From the NCBI GenBank assembly GCA_044220955.1, contig JBGAQA010000004.1:1-64000 (forward strand): 64,000 nt of DNA, in the 5' to 3' direction. This stretch comes from Sandaracinaceae bacterium. GTDB lineage: Bacteria > Myxococcota_A > Polyangia > Polyangiales > Sandaracinaceae. Positions 59,354 through 64,000 of the stretch are shown here, in pieces (within the stretch, counting starts at the first letter, position 1; each line of letters opens with the position of its first letter). The position numbers and the translations under genes are program-made. The notes beneath the pieces were generated by a model. It did not search any database. It worked only from the letters and a program-made list of their open reading frames with translations, and had not been told where the DNA came from.

Positions 59354-60726
59354 GCATCCTGGTCGTCGACGATCAGCGCACCGCGCGGGTGATCCTGCGG
59401 GACATCCTGGCCGACGAGGGGCTCGCGGTCCTCGAGGCGGAGAACGCAGCGGAGGCGCGCCGGCTCAGCGCGGAGCACGCGATCTCGCTCGCCTTCGTCG
59501 ACATCCGGCTCTCCAGCGATCCACGAGATCGCAGCGGGCTTGAGCTCGTACGCGAGCTGCGCGAGACCAGCGGCGCCTCGGTCGTCGTCGTCTCCGGGCT
59601 GCGAGAGACGCACGAGGTCCGCGCGGCCTTCCGCTTCGGAGCCGACGACTACCTGCTCAAGGACGAGATCGCCGAGGAGACGCTTCGCCCGATCGTCGCC
59701 CGCGTGCGCGAGCGCGCTCAGCTCCTCGCGGAGGTCCACGCGCTCCGAGCGCGGGTCTCGGGTCGTCCGCGCGAGGTCACGAGCATCGTCGGCACCTCGG
59801 CGCCGATCCGCGCGCTGCGCGAGCGGATCCGCCGCGTCGCCAGCTCCGCGCGCCCCGTCCTGGTGAGAGGCCCCTCGGGCTGCGGCAAGGAGCTGGTCGT
59901 CCGCGAGATCCACGCGCTCGGCCCGGCGCCGGACGCGCCGCTCTTCGACGTCAACTGCGCGGCCCTCCCGGAGTCGCTCGTCGAGTCCTACCTCTTCGGC
60001 CACGAGCGCGGCGCCTTCACGGGGGCCGATCGGCGCATGCCGGGTGCGTTCGGAGCCGTCGGAAGCGGCACGCTGTTCCTCGACGAGGTCGCGGAGCTGT
60101 CGCCGACGATGCAGGCGAAGCTCCTGCGCGTCCTGGAGTCGAACCGCTACCGAGCCATCGGCTCGACGCGCGACCAGTCCTTCACCGGACGTATCGTCGC
60201 CGCCACACACGCGGACCTCGAGGCGCAGGTGAAGGTGGGCCGCTTCCGGGAGGATCTCTATCACCGGCTCGACGTGCTCGTGGTCCGCGTGCCCCCGCTC
60301 GGCGCGCGCAGGGAGGACATCGCCTCGCTCGTCGCGCACTTCGCTCGGCAGCAGCCCCGCGTGCTCCGGTTCACCGAGGAGGCTCTCGGAGCGCTCGAGC
60401 GCGCCGAGTGGCCGGGCCACGTTCGACAGCTACGAAACGTGATCGATCGCCTGGCGGTGCTGCACGAGGACGACCCCATCACGGCTGACACGGTGCACGC
60501 CGAGCTCGGCGTCGTGGACGAGAGCCCTGAGCTCTCGACCTTGGCCCGCCTCGCGCTGGCGCGGCCCGGGCCCAACCGGCTCGAGGCGCTCGAGCGCGCG
60601 CTCATCGAGGAGGCCCTGCGCATGTCGCGCGGGAGCCACTCCGAAGCCGCGCGCCTTCTCGGCGTCCACCGAAAGCGCATCGCGCGCCGGGTCGGACGGA
60701 GCGAGTGGCCGACCGAAGCGGACTGA
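59350..60726 (+). CDS. Sigma54-dependent response regulator (NtrC-type enhancer-binding protein)
   Basis: REC; GPSGCGKE; HERGAFTGA; LFLDEV; FREDLYHRL; Fis-like HTH. Confidence 0.95.
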   Translation: MSILVVDDQRTARVILRDILADEGLAVLEAENAAEARRLSAEHAISLAFVDIRLSSDPRDRSGLELVRELRETSGASVVVVSGLRETHEVRAAFRFGADDYLLKDEIAEETLRPIVARVRERAQLLAEVHALRARVSGRPREVTSIVGTSAPIRALRERIRRVASSARPVLVRGPSGCGKELVVREIHALGPAPDAPLFDVNCAALPESLVESYLFGHERGAFTGADRRMPGAFGAVGSGTLFLDEVAELSPTMQAKLLRVLESNRYRAIGSTRDQSFTGRIVAATHADLEAQVKVGRFREDLYHRLDVLVVRVPPLGARREDIASLVAHFARQQPRVLRFTEEALGALERAEWPGHVRQLRNVIDRLAVLHEDDPITADTVHAELGVVDESPELSTLARLALARPGPNRLEALERALIEEALRMSRGSHSEAARLLGVHRKRIARRVGRSEWPTEAD

Positions 60727-60768
60727 GCGCCCCGGACGACGAGCGCTCACATGCGCGGGTGATGAGGG

Positions 60769-60786
60769 TTGGTGTGCGGAATGCAA
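60769..60786 (+). promoter_or_regulatory. Sigma54 (-24/-12) promoter of the biosynthetic operon
   Basis: TTGGTGTGCGGAATGCAA (GG 60771-60772, N10, GC 60783-60784); ATG at 60799. Confidence 0.6.
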
Positions 60787-60798
60787 GGGGCCGCACCC

Positions 60799-61764
60799 AT
60801 GACCTCCACCCTCCGAACCTCCGAGCCCCTTCGTCTCCTCGAATCGACACGCGCGCGCGCGCGCCCCGCGCGAGCGATCGCGGCGTCGCTGCGCGCTGCG
60901 ATCGGCGCCTCGTGGTCTGCCCACGAGCGCGCCTTCCCGCTGCACCAGAGCGACTCCATCACCTTCGACCGCACCGAGCCCGTCGAGACCGAGTGCTTCT
61001 CGATCGCGACGATCCTCGATCTGTGCGGCCACCACGTGGACGCTCCGACGCGGCGCGCCGCGCAGCGGAGCCTGCTCGACGACCTCGCGCGCAGCGGCGA
61101 CCTCGTCCGCTTCTTCCGGTCCGAGCGCCTCCCTCCGGACGCCGACTGCACGGCCGTCGCCGCCCTCGCCTTGTGGGAGCTCGGCGCGCTCGACACGCGC
61201 CGCGCACGCTCGATCGCGTCGCGCTTGCTCGACCATCGCACGCGAGACGGCCGGATCTCGGTCTACTTCGACGACGAGGGGGAGCGCGCCGAGCGCGTCG
61301 ACGCCGTCGTGACGTGCAACGTCCTGCGCTTCGCGACCCAGGTCGGCATCGCCGAGCGCTCGGCGAGCGACGTCGAGCAGATCCGGGCGGCGCTCGGCAG
61401 CCCCACGCGGTACTACCCGGCCGACGTGCTGCTCTTCGCGGCGGCGCGGCTCGTCCACGCTCGCGCCGACCTCGCGCCCGCGCTCGCACCGATGCTGCGC
61501 GAGGCGCTCGCGGCGAGGCGCGCGTCCGAGGCGACGTCCCTGGAGCAGGCGTGCCGGGCCGCCGCGGCGTTCTACGCCGGGCTCGAGGCCGAGCACGTGC
61601 TCGAGCTCGCGCTTCCGCTGCGCGACGTGTCCCGGCCGTTGCGGCCGGAGCCGTTCTTCTCGCTGGGACGTCGTGCGTCGTACTTCGGATCGACGCCGCT
61701 CACGGCCGCGTTCCGACTTCACGCGATCACCCTCGGGGCCTCCGTCGGAGCGGGCCATGACTGA
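60799..61764 (+). CDS. Standalone class II terpene-cyclase-like (beta-domain) protein
   Basis: LPPDADCTAVA, DGRISVYFD…RVDAVVTCNVL, TRYYPADVLLF, YFGSTPLTAAF resemble the cyclase domain of HAD-type drimane synthases and monodomain cyclases (from recall). Confidence 0.65.
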   Translation: MTSTLRTSEPLRLLESTRARARPARAIAASLRAAIGASWSAHERAFPLHQSDSITFDRTEPVETECFSIATILDLCGHHVDAPTRRAAQRSLLDDLARSGDLVRFFRSERLPPDADCTAVAALALWELGALDTRRARSIASRLLDHRTRDGRISVYFDDEGERAERVDAVVTCNVLRFATQVGIAERSASDVEQIRAALGSPTRYYPADVLLFAAARLVHARADLAPALAPMLREALAARRASEATSLEQACRAAAAFYAGLEAEHVLELALPLRDVSRPLRPEPFFSLGRRASYFGSTPLTAAFRLHAITLGASVGAGHD

Positions 61765-62893
61765 GCCCGTCGAGCACTTCCGGGGCGCTGCTGGAGCGGC
61801 GCGCCTCGAGGGCGATCGCCATGGGGCCCGCGGTCGCTACCTCGCGGCGCTCGTGCGCGGTCCGCTGCGCCAGTACGCCGACAACGTCGGAGACGTCCGG
61901 ATGGAGGTCGTCGCGGTCGGCGAGACGCTGGTGCCGATCCTGCTGAACGACGGTGGGGACACGGACTGCTACCTGACCTCTCCGATCGGCTACTACGTCC
62001 GCTACGTACGAGACGAGATCCCGCGTCTGCGACAGGACGCCTTCACGCGGGTCTTCGACAAGGTGATCGCGGGGCTCGAGCACCCGCTGCGCTGGTCGTC
62101 GTTCAATCGTGTCGCGTACGTGAATCACTGGCTCATGAGCACCTCGCCGCGCGTGCGCTTCGACCGCTCGAGCCTCGAGGCGCTCACGCGCCACCTCGAG
62201 CGCGAGTACCCGACGCACACCCTCGTGTTTCGCGGTCTGACGCGCGACGAGACGGAGCACTGCTCGAGCTTCGCGGCGGCGGGCTACGAGCTCGTGGTGA
62301 GCCGTCCGATCCACGTGTGGAGCAGCGATCGCCGGGTGGAGTCTCGCGACACGCGGCGCCAGCGCGTCTGCGACGCGCGCGCCGTCGAGCGCTTCGTCGT
62401 CGGACACGAGCCCTCCGCGCACGACCTCGACGCCATCCCGGCGCTCTATCGCAGGCTCTACGTGGAGAAGTACTCGCGGATGAACCCGGCGTACACGCGC
62501 GCGTACTTCGCGCACCTGCTCGACTCCGGCTGGGGCGCGGTGACGATGCTCCACTCGGACGGCGCGCTGGTCGGCTTCGTGACCCACGCGATCGACGCCG
62601 ACGGTGCGCTGCTCGGCCTGAGCGTGGGGCACGATCCGGCCGTCTCCCAGCGGGACCTGCCCGTCTACCGCGCGCTCGTCTCGACCCTCTTCCAGCGCGC
62701 CGAGCGCGAGCAGAGAGCGCTCTTCCTCAGCACCGGGGTGTCCGACTTCAAGCGGCGGCGCGGCGCGGTCGAGCTGCTCGAGTTCGACGCGGTGCGCGCG
62801 GCGCACGCGCCTTGGCCCGCGCGCGCGGCCTGGTGGACGGTCGGGAGCGCCTTCGATCTGGCGATCCAGAACATCGACACGAGGCAGGTATGA
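61757..62893 (+). CDS. GNAT-superfamily protein
   Basis: CYLTSP, YVNHWLMST, LYRRLYVEKYSRMNPAYT, STGVSDFKRRRGA. Confidence 0.7.
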   Translation: MTEPVEHFRGAAGAARLEGDRHGARGRYLAALVRGPLRQYADNVGDVRMEVVAVGETLVPILLNDGGDTDCYLTSPIGYYVRYVRDEIPRLRQDAFTRVFDKVIAGLEHPLRWSSFNRVAYVNHWLMSTSPRVRFDRSSLEALTRHLEREYPTHTLVFRGLTRDETEHCSSFAAAGYELVVSRPIHVWSSDRRVESRDTRRQRVCDARAVERFVVGHEPSAHDLDAIPALYRRLYVEKYSRMNPAYTRAYFAHLLDSGWGAVTMLHSDGALVGFVTHAIDADGALLGLSVGHDPAVSQRDLPVYRALVSTLFQRAEREQRALFLSTGVSDFKRRRGAVELLEFDAVRAAHAPWPARAAWWTVGSAFDLAIQNIDTRQV

Positions 62894-63780
62894 GCGCGCA
62901 CGCCAGCACGCTGCGCGTGGGCCTACGCGACGTGGTTCGCACGGCGCGCCTCCCCAAGATCGCGCCGGTGCCGCTGCTCGCGTGGAGCGGCTACGCGCTC
63001 CGCCACGGACGGGACGTCCTGCCGCTGGCCTGGGTCACGCTCGCGGTCGTCGCGGTCACGCTCCTGGTGACCCGCCTCAACGTGCTCACCGACGAGTCGC
63101 TCGACCTTGCGAGCCGCCCCGAGCTCGCGCGCGGCCTGCGGCGCAGCGCGCGGTTCGTCGTCGGCGCGAGCGTGGTCGAGGTCGCGCTGCTCTGCGTCGC
63201 GTTGCTCGCGGTGGACGGCGACGCTCGTCTCGCGCTCGTCGCGCTGCTCGCGTTCGGCGTGCTCTACTCGTTCAACTTCCTGTCGCCGCATCCGGTGCGC
63301 TCGCGCTGGAAGGCCCACTGGCTCGGCCACGCCGCGGCGTTCGTCGGGAGCTATGCCGCGCTCTGGGCCGCGGGAGCCGGCGCGGCCGGGCACGGCGGCG
63401 GGGCGCTCGTGCTGCTCGTGGCGCTCGCCACCGGCGTCGTCGACTACGCCGTGTACGTCGGCGAATGCGCGATCGACCACGACGAAGAGGCCTCCGCGGG
63501 CCTGCGCACGGCGGCGGCGCTGCTCGGCCCGCGCACGTCGTCCGTGCTCGCGCTCGTCCTGTTCGGCGCCGGTGCCTGCCTCCATGCCAGCTGGATCACC
63601 ACCGCGCTGGCCGCGGCGTTCGTGCCGCCGCTCGCGCTGCGAGGCACGTTCCTCGTGGCACTCGCCGCCGCGGAGCTCGGAGGCCACCGGGATCGCGCTC
63701 ACGCGCTGCGCTCGCGCGCGGCCGACGCCGTGTTCCTCGCGACGCGCCTCTGGACCTTCTTCGCGCTCGCGCTCGCCTGA
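62890..63780 (+). CDS. UbiA-family prenyltransferase
   Basis: Multi-TM; NVLTDESLD (NxxxDxxxD), LYS, DHDEEASAGLRT. Confidence 0.75.
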   Translation: MSAHASTLRVGLRDVVRTARLPKIAPVPLLAWSGYALRHGRDVLPLAWVTLAVVAVTLLVTRLNVLTDESLDLASRPELARGLRRSARFVVGASVVEVALLCVALLAVDGDARLALVALLAFGVLYSFNFLSPHPVRSRWKAHWLGHAAAFVGSYAALWAAGAGAAGHGGGALVLLVALATGVVDYAVYVGECAIDHDEEASAGLRTAAALLGPRTSSVLALVLFGAGACLHASWITTALAAAFVPPLALRGTFLVALAAAELGGHRDRAHALRSRAADAVFLATRLWTFFALALA

Positions 63781-63786
63781 GCGTCG

Positions 63787-64000
63787 TCAGTACGTGCGGA
63801 CGCCCGAGAGGAGCCAGCCCTGGCCCTCGCGGCGGAGCGTCAGCGTGACGTGCACGCGCTCGCCGTCGACGCGCGCGCCGACCGAGACCGTGCCCGTCTC
63901 GCCGCGGACGTCGACCTCGTCCTGCACGATCTCCACGTGACCGTCGCGGTCGAGCGGCTCGAGCGCGTCGTGCAGGACGTCGGGCAGCGCCGCTTCGTCG
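63787..64000 (-). CDS. 3' end of a CDS running off the window (NTF2-like beta region)
   Basis: Manual translation …VDVRGETGTVSVGARVDGERVHVTLTLRREGQGWLLSGVRTY*. Confidence 0.5.
   Translation of the reverse strand, partial: DEAALPDVLHDALEPLDRDGHVEIVQDEVDVRGETGTVSVGARVDGERVHVTLTLRREGQGWLLSGVRTY

Noticed and set aside
60724..60749. TGAGCGC…GCGCTCA inverted repeat after the activator gene
   Set aside because: Short GC-rich stem without a U-tract; cannot tell terminator, operator or chance.
1..64000. rRNA, tRNA, CRISPR-Cas, prophage or integrase genes
   Set aside because: No recognisable motifs by eye; tRNAscan-SE or Infernal would be needed to exclude small RNAs.

Overview
High-GC window (roughly 70-75% by eye) with a myxobacterial, Polyangiales/Sandaracinus-like gene content (inferred from Hanks kinases, Cys-rich lipoproteins, an AgmX-like C-terminal domain and sigma54 systems). 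It begins with a frameshifted ISKra4-type IS, wecC-wecB and two decayed transposases, then a three-gene LuxR cluster and housekeeping genes (serS, murJ, xseB, DTW protein). The middle holds a MoxR AAA+ gene and two large conserved hypotheticals resembling FtsH/vWA/MoxR ternary-system components, split by inserted genes flanked by 11-bp stop-codon duplications. The best candidate novel system is at 51.6-63.8 kb, where two divergent operons share a palindromic site and sigma54-type promoters. Leftward: hybrid His kinase, REC-EAL and Ser/Thr kinase-PilZ. Rightward: membrane His kinase and sigma54 activator, then a sigma54-type promoter ahead of a standalone class II terpene-cyclase-like protein, a GNAT-like protein and a UbiA prenyltransferase. 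Also found: a ~90-97 bp palindromic repeat in three copies (one in-frame inside a permease), a 163-bp MITE-like element, and many starts with TAnnnT boxes 6-10 nt upstream, suggesting leaderless transcripts. No rRNA, tRNA or CRISPR array was seen. All calls are by eye from motifs; no database searches were run.
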